A stretch of 24,000 nt of DNA from Methanothermococcus thermolithotrophicus DSM 2095 (GTDB lineage: Archaea; AGJL01; Methanococci; Methanococcales; Methanococcaceae). This document shows positions 13,778 through 21,489 of the stretch, piece by piece (within the stretch, counting starts at the first letter, position 1; every line of letters begins with the position of its first letter). Location: positions 757,035-781,034 of the forward strand of contig NZ_OX296583.1 in assembly GCF_946463545.1 (NCBI RefSeq). The letters are read 5' to 3'. The notes under the pieces were generated by a model. That model did not search any database, was not told the DNA's origin, and saw only the letters and a program-made list of their open reading frames with translations. Both the position numbers and the translations under genes were made by a program.

Positions 13778-14797
13778 TCATTTATCATTCAATACCAACT
13801 TCTCTAAATTATCCAGTTGTTCCCCTGTTCCAAAAGCATAAATTTCATCATTTGAATTTAAGACCACATCTGGACGAGGATTTATCACTAAATTATCACC
13901 TTTTTTAATACCTATTATTGTAGCTCCGCTTTTTTGTCTTATCTGAGTATCAGAGAGACTTTTACCAGCTATATTGGAATCTTTAGGAATGGCTATCTTT
14001 CTAATTTCCATATCTTCATTATATTCATATTTCGCAATTGACATGAATGTTGAAACAAAATCCAAAATATCGGGTTTCAATGCCAGTTCTGCAAGCCTAA
14101 GCCCTCCAATAATATATGGCGAAACTACCTTATCAGCCCCAGCCATTAGTAGTTTATCCATCGCTACAATTTCATCAGCTTTTGCAATAACGTAAAGCTT
14201 AGGGTTTAATCTTTTGGCAGACAGTACTATGTAAACATTATCTGAATCGGTAGGTAACGTAGATATAAGACATTTTGCCTTACTTATCCCTGCATCAATT
14301 AAAACTTCATCCAATGTTGCATCTCCTTTAATAAAATTAAACGTCTGATCTTTTTCTAACTCATTTTCTAAAATTTCAGGGTTGTTATCGATAACCACAA
14401 AATCCACGCCCTCTTTTCTAAGTTTATTTACTACGACCCTTCCAACTCTACCATATCCACATATTATGTAATGATCATTTAATTTTTCAATCCTATTTTT
14501 CATCTTCATCATCCATCTCGTTTTTTTAAAATGCCCTTCTATGAAAAATTCAGCAAGACTACCTAAGGTATAAAGTCCAGCACTAACACCGAATACTATA
14601 AAAACAGAAGATAGAATTTTTCCAATTTCAGTTTTTGGAGTATAATCGCCGTAACCAACGGTAGATATTGTGACTATTGAAAAATATATTGAATTCAATA
14701 AATCTAATCCTTCAACATTCATAATTATTAAAGAAAACATAATAATTATAATAAATATTGTAAGAACGCCTAATTTTATTCTCTCAATGGCTTCCAT
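13778..14797 (-). CDS. MthK-like potassium channel (2-TM pore plus RCK/TrkA-N and TrkA-C domains)
   Basis: The selectivity filter is TVGYGD and the RCK Rossmann motif is IICGYGRVGRVV. The tracked ORF starts at a TTG (14812). I prefer the ATG at 14797, which is preceded by an AGGGG SD. Confidence 0.85.
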   Translation of the reverse strand: MEAIERIKLGVLTIFIIIIMFSLIIMNVEGLDLLNSIYFSIVTISTVGYGDYTPKTEIGKILSSVFIVFGVSAGLYTLGSLAEFFIEGHFKKTRWMMKMKNRIEKLNDHYIICGYGRVGRVVVNKLRKEGVDFVVIDNNPEILENELEKDQTFNFIKGDATLDEVLIDAGISKAKCLISTLPTDSDNVYIVLSAKRLNPKLYVIAKADEIVAMDKLLMAGADKVVSPYIIGGLRLAELALKPDILDFVSTFMSIAKYEYNEDMEIRKIAIPKDSNIAGKSLSDTQIRQKSGATIIGIKKGDNLVINPRPDVVLNSNDEIYAFGTGEQLDNLEKLVLNDK

Positions 14798-14883
14798 AGT
14801 ACCCCTTAACAAATATCAGATTAAAATATATTATATAATAAACATATTCATTTTTATTACTATACTATATCAAGGGGATATAA

Positions 14884-16371
14884 ATGGAAATTGGCATATT
14901 GGATATAAAAGGCTCATTGCCTTGTTTTGAGAATTTTGGAAACTTACCTACAAAGATAATCGATGAAAACAGTATTAAGGAAATTAAAGACTTAAATATG
15001 CTTATAATACCTGGAGGAAGTTTAATTGAAAGTAAATCATTAAATGATGATTTAAAAAGATATATAACTGAATTTGACGGTTATATAATTGGAATATGTA
15101 GCGGATTTCAGGTGTTGTCTGAAAAAATAGATATAGGTAGAAAAAGCCCAATTCCCATAGTTAAAGAGGGTTTAAGCCTATTAAATGTAGAATTTTCTCC
15201 ATTAATATGTACAGATAGGGTTGAATCAAGATTAGAAAATGACTCCATCTTTGGAAACGCCGGAGAATTAGGGCATGGATTTCACTGCCATACATACGGA
15301 GATATAAAAATAAAGGATGAAAAAACTAAAATACTAACAACTTCAAAAATAAAAAAACTAAATTATAAGATGGTTGGCGAAAAAGAAATAATATCCGGTG
15401 TATTCTGTAAAAATGTATATGGAACCATGGTTCACGGACTTTTAGACAATATTAACATTAAGGAAAATATATTAAAGAGTTTAAAGGTTGATGAAAACGA
15501 AAGAGAAGAAATCTATAAAAAAAATAAAGAAATTGTTGAGAAACTAAAATCTAAACGTTTGTTCAAAGATGGAGCTCCAGATGAACATGATAAATGTAGT
15601 AAATATAATAGTTCTGAGAGTGGAAAAAACGCGAAAAAAGGCATGGTACTTCTTGCCACAGGTTCTGAGAGTGGGAAAACGTTTCTTACCACAGGTTTGG
15701 TCTCAAAACTACCTGGAAAAACTTTTGTAGCTAAAATAGGGCCTGATGTAAGGGATATTGTGCCTGCACTCTATATATTGAGAGAACCTATGACTGAGTA
15801 CAGCAGCATAAAAATCGCAGATAGGGGCTGGTGTAATGTTGATGACTTCTTAAAATTTGTTAAAAATTCGGATTATAACTACTACATAGTTGAAGGAGTA
15901 ATGGGAGCATTTACTGGAGCTCTGAATAAGAGAAACTACAGTGGAGCCGAAATATCGAAACTTCTAAATTTTCCAGTATATATTGTATCATCATGTAGCA
16001 AAAGTGGGATAGAAGGGGCATTTGTAGAAAGTTTAGGTTATTATTCACTATTAAAAGAAATGGGAGTTAATGTTGAAGGTATTATACTAAATAGAGTATA
16101 TAACTTTGATATTTTTGAGAAGGTTAAGAGAATAGGGGATGAGCTCGGTGTTAAGGTTATAGGTATCCGAAAAGCAGAAAATAGCAAATCTGAAAAAAGA
16201 GGTTTAATCCCTGAAGTTGAAATTGACTATGAGGAATTTTGTAGATTGACAAATAAATTAAACATACAACTCGAAATACCGAAACTTGAATTCAATGATG
16301 TAAAAAAAGAATATAAAAGTTTTGAAGATCATTTGAAAAACTGGAGCAAAAAAATAAAGGATATTAATTAA
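14884..16371 (+). CDS. CobB/CobQ-like amidotransferase with permuted domain order (N-terminal GATase-3, C-terminal DTBS/CbiA-type P-loop domain)
   Basis: The N-terminal half has LIIPGGS...GICSGFQVL (Cys nucleophile) and [10 protein letters not shown] (His). The C-terminal half has [17 protein letters not shown] (P-loop), [16 protein letters not shown] and GIILNRV, which resemble the CbiA/CobQ ATPase domain. An AGGGGA SD is present. Confidence 0.7.
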   Translation: MEIGILDIKGSLPCFENFGNLPTKIIDENSIKEIKDLNMLIIPGGSLIESKSLNDDLKRYITEFDGYIIGICSGFQVLSEKIDIGRKSPIPIVKEGLSLLNVEFSPLICTDRVESRLENDSIFGNAGELGHGFHCHTYGDIKIKDEKTKILTTSKIKKLNYKMVGEKEIISGVFCKNVYGTMVHGLLDNINIKENILKSLKVDENEREEIYKKNKEIVEKLKSKRLFKDGAPDEHDKCSKYNSSESGKNAKKGMVLLATGSESGKTFLTTGLVSKLPGKTFVAKIGPDVRDIVPALYILREPMTEYSSIKIADRGWCNVDDFLKFVKNSDYNYYIVEGVMGAFTGALNKRNYSGAEISKLLNFPVYIVSSCSKSGIEGAFVESLGYYSLLKEMGVNVEGIILNRVYNFDIFEKVKRIGDELGVKVIGIRKAENSKSEKRGLIPEVEIDYEEFCRLTNKLNIQLEIPKLEFNDVKKEYKSFEDHLKNWSKKIKDIN

Positions 16372-16617
16372 TAAGGACTCTCATTATACAACGTACTCAT
16401 AGTTTCAACAAAATAACAGCCCACTACAAAATTAGCTAAGGAATAACTCTAGAATCCACCAACAACAACTTTTTTAATTAATTTTTATTTTCATTAAAAT
16501 TTAAACATTTAACAACATTCCCGCTCCTGCCCATATCACATATAAAATACATCATATAGATAATGTAACAGACATAATTATAATACCAACAACATATAAT
16601 AATAGTTCGTGATACCA

Positions 16618-18636
16618 ATGAACGAAGGTAAAATTGAGGAACTAAAACACTTAATAACCAACTATTTAAGAAATTTTCATAGTGACGACATTATTTCAGA
16701 AAATGAGAAGGTAGTTGTAGATTTAAAGAATATTTACGACTATGGGATTATAGAATTTGTAGAATTAATACATGAAAGACCAAAATTAGGATTGGAAATA
16801 TTAAAAGAATGTTACGACAATGCATACTATACCCTAAAAAACGAAACACCAAACTGTGAAATTTCCATAAAAAACTTGCCTACAATATTCAACAAATCAG
16901 GGAAAAACAAGACAATTACTATAGAAAATATAAAAAGCAATACTTTAGGAAAACTAGTTGAATTTGAAGGCGTAGTGGTTACAGCAACAAAAATAAAATC
17001 TGCATTAAAAAAAGGAGTCTATATATGCGGTTCTTGTGGGGAAAAAACAGTTATTGAAGTTGAAAATCCATTTGAGGCTTCATTTGATCCATCCTGTAAA
17101 AAATGTGGCGGTGGAAATTTAGTACTAATTGAAGAGGAATCGGAGTTCATAGACTTTCAAGAAATAAAAGTCCAACAGCCATTAGATTTGATGGACGATC
17201 CCGAAGAACCTCCAAAGTACATAACTGTTTTTCTAACAAACTCTCCAGGAATATTCTGTGGACGTGTAAAAATAATGGGGATACCTATTAAAAACCAGAA
17301 AAATAGAAAAGTACCAATTTATGACATATATATCAAAGGACTGTATTGTGAAGTCATAGAAAACAAAATAGAAACCAGATTAAGTGAAGAAGACATTGAA
17401 AACATAGAAAAAGTAGCTAAAAATCCAAAAATTATAGATATACTGTCAGATCGACTCATTCCTGAAATAAAAGGATATAATATGGTTAAAAAGGCTATAT
17501 TCTTACAACAAATAAAAGGTGTTGAAAAAGGGAATAAAAGAGCAGACAGTCACATACTTCTAATTACCGACCCGGGAATTGGAAAGACTGTCATGTTAAG
17601 AAGGATTGCAGAATTACCCGGAAATCTCTATGGTTCTGTGACGACAGCTTCAGGCGTTGGATTAACTGCAGCAGTTATAAGAGAAAAAACAGAAATTGGA
17701 GATGACACCTGGGTCATAAAGCCAGGTTTACTTGTAAAGGCAAATAAAGGTACTGCATGTATTGACGAGCTCACTGTGAATAGAGACCTTCAAAGTTTTG
17801 TATTGGAGGCAATGGAAAGTCAAACAATACACATAAGTAAAGGAGGAATAAACGCCAAATTACCATCCAAATGTGCAATACTTGCGGCATGCAACCCACG
17901 ATGGGGAAGATTTGACCCCAATGTATCCGTTGCAGAGCAAATAAATATCCCTGCGCCTATGTTGAGTAGATTTGACTTAATATTTCCAATTAGGGATGAA
18001 GCTGATAGATCAAAAGATAAAGATATTGCAGAGCACATAATAAACGTCCATAGAGCTCTATTAAACAATGAAATTGATCAGATAGGTTTAGAATACATTG
18101 AACTAGACGGCGTTAAAATTGATAAAGATTTTATAATAAAATATATATCCTACGCAAGACAGAAAGAACCTATAATATCAAAAGATGCTGAAAAGGTTTT
18201 AATAGACTACTACTTGAGTATGAGGAAAGGTGCTGTTCAAATAACTGCAAGACAGTTAGAAGCAGCAATAAGGCTCGCCGAAGCTCATGCAAAGGCCAAA
18301 TTAAAGGACGTTGTTGATGAAGAAGATGCCAGAGAAGCTATAACTATAATCACAGAATCATTAAAAGAAATTGCCTATGACCCTGAAACTGGGCAATTTG
18401 ACATTGATAAAATAGCAGGTATCTCCAAAAAAGACAGAAATAAAATGACTCATATTTATGATATTATTAAAAAACTTGCAGAAAAGAATGAAGATGGTCT
18501 AGTAATATATGAAGATATTGTTGAAGAGGCCAAATCAGAAAACATAGATGAAGAAGAAGTGGAAAATATACTTAAAAAAATGGTCAAATATGGAGATATT
18601 GACGAGCCTAAAACTGGAAAATATAGGCTCATTTAA
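16618..18636 (+). CDS. mcm: MCM replicative helicase paralog (divergent)
   Basis: The zinc finger is CGSCGEK...CKKCGG. The AAA+ core includes ITDPGIGKTVML, ACIDELTVN, IHISKGGINAKLPSKCAILAACNP, SRFDLIF and ITARQLEAAIRLAEAHAKA. The tracked ORF starts at a GTG (16609), and the first ATG is at 16618. Confidence 0.9.
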   Translation: MNEGKIEELKHLITNYLRNFHSDDIISENEKVVVDLKNIYDYGIIEFVELIHERPKLGLEILKECYDNAYYTLKNETPNCEISIKNLPTIFNKSGKNKTITIENIKSNTLGKLVEFEGVVVTATKIKSALKKGVYICGSCGEKTVIEVENPFEASFDPSCKKCGGGNLVLIEEESEFIDFQEIKVQQPLDLMDDPEEPPKYITVFLTNSPGIFCGRVKIMGIPIKNQKNRKVPIYDIYIKGLYCEVIENKIETRLSEEDIENIEKVAKNPKIIDILSDRLIPEIKGYNMVKKAIFLQQIKGVEKGNKRADSHILLITDPGIGKTVMLRRIAELPGNLYGSVTTASGVGLTAAVIREKTEIGDDTWVIKPGLLVKANKGTACIDELTVNRDLQSFVLEAMESQTIHISKGGINAKLPSKCAILAACNPRWGRFDPNVSVAEQINIPAPMLSRFDLIFPIRDEADRSKDKDIAEHIINVHRALLNNEIDQIGLEYIELDGVKIDKDFIIKYISYARQKEPIISKDAEKVLIDYYLSMRKGAVQITARQLEAAIRLAEAHAKAKLKDVVDEEDAREAITIITESLKEIAYDPETGQFDIDKIAGISKKDRNKMTHIYDIIKKLAEKNEDGLVIYEDIVEEAKSENIDEEEVENILKKMVKYGDIDEPKTGKYRLI

Positions 18637-18706
18637 ATCATTTAAACTCTTTAGAACAAGCCGTTTAAAAAACATGCAAATATACGCCAATATATACTAA
18701 CTTTGA

Positions 18707-18723
18707 CCAACCTTTAAGGTTGG
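18707..18723. promoter_or_regulatory. Perfect 17-bp palindrome CCAACCTTTAAGGTTGG
   Basis: The arms are 8 bp around a single central T. The palindrome lies 14 nt upstream of the ATG at 18737 and ~70 nt after the MCM stop. It is GC-richer than its surroundings. Confidence 0.4.
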
Positions 18724-18736
18724 GGTGTGATACTCT

Positions 18737-19843
18737 ATGAACATGATATACAATGTGGCAGAAGATTTTTTAACTGGAGATATATGGATACTACCTACGG
18801 ACAGGGATAACCTACTAGAACTAAATGAAAATGGATGTATTAAACTAGTCAGGAATATACCTGTTTTAAGGATTTTAGCCACACCATCTATAAAAAAAAC
18901 AGTTAGTAGGTTAGCATATACAATAAAGGATAAAATGACAATGTTTAAAGGAGAAACATCAGGATGGATGAAAAATTTAATTAACTACCTCCATAAAACA
19001 TACTTCGACAAAAAGAGCAACAATTACTATAAGGCAAAAAAGGCATGGTATAGATTTATAGGAGATTTATTTAAAAATATTAGAGATTGGGAGTTTAACA
19101 AAGTAAGAGGTAAAATAATCGCACTTTTGAGAATTTTAAACCCAGTACTTGTATTCGATATCCACAATACAACAAAGTGGAATTATACTACAAGTTTTGT
19201 TAAATTCATCAAAGAATTGAAAAAAAACAATATAACCGTCGTACTAAGGTGTCCGTTCGAATCTATGGACCATGTTAAAGAACTGTTTAAAGAATCCAGA
19301 ATAAACAATATTGCAACAATTAAATACTACGGAAAAACACTCGGTCATACCATATCAGCAAAAGTTGCAAAATATTTAATCGAAATTTCGAATGGTAATT
19401 TGGATGTTATTAGATTGATACTGAAACATTCAAAAAGGGAGCTGAAATCATTGCGGGAGTTAAGGATACATTGGTTAAAAATAATACCTGAGATTGTTCC
19501 TAAAAAATATAGAAAAATTATGAAATTAGCCTGTAAACTGAAAAAATTCAATATAAAAAATATAGGCAATTATTTAAACTTCAGTTTATCCACAACCTAC
19601 AACTATATGAATGAATTGGTTGAACTGGGCCTGTTAACTAAGAGGAAAGTTAGAAAAAACGTACTATTTAAAATAAGAATTGATAAGGATTCCTTGTTGA
19701 ACGTAATAGGGAAATATAACCCCAACAACTTGCATGAGATTTTTTTAATAAATAGCAAATGTAGTAAATATGTCCAAAAAAATACGTTTTTAAAGAAAAA
19801 AGGGTTTTCTACTTTTCGAACTAAGTGTGATTATATAGAATAA
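18737..19843 (+). CDS. Hypothetical protein: apparent degenerate AAA+ (Orc1/Cdc6- or archaeal-ATPase-like) core plus C-terminal winged helix
   Basis: 368 aa. A P-loop-like but non-canonical ATPSIKKT sits at residues ~47-54, and a Walker-B-like PVLVFDIHN at ~136-144. ISNGNLDVIRLILKHS resembles a sensor-2/lid helix. The C-terminal wH reads NIKNIGNYLNFSLSTTYNYMNELVELGLLTKRKVRKNVLFKI. Confidence 0.55.
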   Translation: MNMIYNVAEDFLTGDIWILPTDRDNLLELNENGCIKLVRNIPVLRILATPSIKKTVSRLAYTIKDKMTMFKGETSGWMKNLINYLHKTYFDKKSNNYYKAKKAWYRFIGDLFKNIRDWEFNKVRGKIIALLRILNPVLVFDIHNTTKWNYTTSFVKFIKELKKNNITVVLRCPFESMDHVKELFKESRINNIATIKYYGKTLGHTISAKVAKYLIEISNGNLDVIRLILKHSKRELKSLRELRIHWLKIIPEIVPKKYRKIMKLACKLKKFNIKNIGNYLNFSLSTTYNYMNELVELGLLTKRKVRKNVLFKIRIDKDSLLNVIGKYNPNNLHEIFLINSKCSKYVQKNTFLKKKGFSTFRTKCDYIE

Positions 19844-19969
19844 TACAAAATATACAATACATAATATCAAATATGTTGAGTGTAATGTTGTGACACAGCC
19901 TTATTTTTCGAATACTACTTATGATTCATATTATAAGAAAATTATTTTGCTATTTTTTAACTTATACGA

Positions 19970-20019
19970 TTTCGAGTTTTCGAGTGTAGTGTATGTATAG
20001 AATTTTGGAAGGTATCCCC
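19970..20019 (+). repeat. Left arm of an imperfect ~50-bp inverted repeat (starts with the box TTTCGAGTTTTCGA)
   Basis: It aligns without gaps to the reverse complement of 20291-20341 at about 39 of 50 positions (hand count). Shared blocks are TTTCGRGTTTTCGA, TGTATGTATA, TTTTG.AA and GTATCC. Confidence 0.8.
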
Positions 20020-20290
20020 ATTTAGGTTTTACAAAAATTATTCCAAACGTATTCTATATGTTATTACTATTTTGATCTATAAATGTATAATATGTATAAA
20101 TAATAAACAATATGTTATAATATACACTATAGTGTGATTATACTACTAAAAACGATGTAAACAATCAATACTAATCTAGAGAAACATGTTTAATTATCAT
20201 TAAACATATTTAACAAGATGATAACTACTATGTGGTAAATACTGGATAAATTACTCTCTGTTATAATCAAAAATGCATTTTTTATTTATT

Positions 20291-20341
20291 GGTGGATACA
20301 TTTCAAAACCATATACATACATCACGTTCGAAAACCCGAAA
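20291..20341 (-). repeat. Right arm of the inverted repeat (reverse complement starts TTTCGGGTTTTCGA)
   Basis: See the left arm. The arm ends 6 nt from the stop codon of the wHTH gene at 20347. Confidence 0.8.
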
Positions 20342-20346
20342 TACTA

Positions 20347-20865
20347 TTATTTTGTAGATTGGTAATACTTTTTCAGATAGTTTATGTGCTTACATTCTTG
20401 AGATTGGCAGGATATACACCACCAAGTATCGTTTTTAGTTTTAAATACTCTCGAAACTTCTTCTCCCCTGTAGTCGTAGAATTTAAAAGTAATTCCTCCA
20501 AAATTATCGGCGAATTTTCTTATTTCAAATCCCATATTCTTTACTGGATAATACTTTGTTTCAAATTTCTTTTTCGGAAGACTTTCGAAAACACTCGAAA
20601 AACTAACGTCGAATATTTCGGGACATATTCTCTTTAATATTGATATTCCTTTCACCGTTAAGGAATATAAGACTTTATGTCTGTTTCTTTCTCTTTTAGC
20701 CACATTTAAAGCTACGCACATCCTTAAAAACTGTGAAGGTAGCCCTTTTGAAATTCGAAGGTTTTCGGATATCTGCTGGGGATAAGTTGTGCCATTAGTT
20801 AACACATAGTGTAAAATTAGTTTTCTAAATGGTGTTGAGATTATTCCTTTTACTAAGTTATCCAT
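20347..20865 (-). CDS. Small winged-HTH protein with a C-terminal Cys/His zinc knuckle (SWIM-like)
   Basis: The N-terminal wHTH reads FRKLILHYVLTNGTTYPQQISENLRISKGLPSQFLRMCVALNVAKRERNRHKVLYSLTVKG. The C-terminus WWCISCQSQECKHINYL has the spacing C-x2-C-x4-C-x-H. The tracked start (20868) is a TTG, while the ATG at 20865 has a GGTGA SD. Confidence 0.6.
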   Translation of the reverse strand: MDNLVKGIISTPFRKLILHYVLTNGTTYPQQISENLRISKGLPSQFLRMCVALNVAKRERNRHKVLYSLTVKGISILKRICPEIFDVSFSSVFESLPKKKFETKYYPVKNMGFEIRKFADNFGGITFKFYDYRGEEVSRVFKTKNDTWWCISCQSQECKHINYLKKYYQSTK

Positions 20866-21169
20866 CAAATCACCTTTTTTTAGTTATTGGGTGCTCTTTG
20901 ACTAAGATCTAATGAATATCTAATTTTTTAAACGAATATTTATCTTTAGGGTTTTTGATTCATATAACGTTTTTCGTCCAATACTAATTTACTAATAATT
21001 TTGATAGTATATATGTCTTTTTATTTGATAGTTTTTTGTTTAAAGCCAATAATTTGGATATGTTGAAAAATGTAGGGGGTATATCCGTTGTTTTAATTTT
21101 CTTATATGATACTTGATTAACTTTCAATTTTTAATATTTTATTCAAAGTTATTTTACGTTTTATGGTTA

Positions 21170-21181
21170 TATTCACAATAT
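21170..21181 (+). repeat. Partial third copy (TATTCACAATAT) of the 16-nt direct repeat
   Basis: This is a 12-nt exact match to the core of the repeats at 21322 and 21352. Confidence 0.5.
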
Positions 21182-21321
21182 ATTTTTTAGTATATAAGTA
21201 AAAAATACAATTAAAGAAAAATTTATTAAATAAGAATAATTATATATACTTTTTCTTTTTTATTAAAATAAATTTTAATTGAATTTTGAGAGTCATTTGG
21301 CTTTGTATTGTTTATATAATT

Positions 21322-21367
21322 TTTTATTCACAATATTTTTGCTATTTTATGTTTTATTCACAATATT
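21322..21367 (+). repeat. Two perfect 16-nt direct repeats, TTTTATTCACAATATT, with 30-bp phasing
   Basis: The copies lie at 21322-21337 and 21352-21367, within the 680-bp non-coding spacer upstream of the Orc1/Cdc6-like gene. Confidence 0.8.
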
Positions 21368-21430
21368 ATTGCATAGTAAATAATTTATATAGTTATATCT
21401 ATAAATATTTTTAGATGTTAAATTTTAGAT

Positions 21431-21458
21431 TTTCGAATTTTCGAAAAGTATAAAAAAG
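21431..21458 (+). promoter_or_regulatory. Box TTTCGAATTTTCGA followed by the TATA-like GTATAAAAAAG: probable promoter of the Orc1/Cdc6-like gene
   Basis: The 14-mer and its close spacing to a TATA (about 3-4 nt) match the inferred RNase P RNA promoter. It lies ~90-115 nt upstream of the ATG at 21547. Confidence 0.5.
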
Positions 21459-21489
21459 TTGATAATGCAATTATCTAATTATTATTTTA

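Noticed and set aside
16372-16608. The G-poor, C/A-rich 240-bp spacer before mcm, and nearby UGAUGA-like strings, as a C/D-box sRNA or other ncRNA
   Set aside because: No proper C (RUGAUGA) plus D (CUGA) box pair with terminal stem could be found, and there is no convincing secondary structure. The spacer is more simply explained as terminator T-runs plus the mcm promoter.
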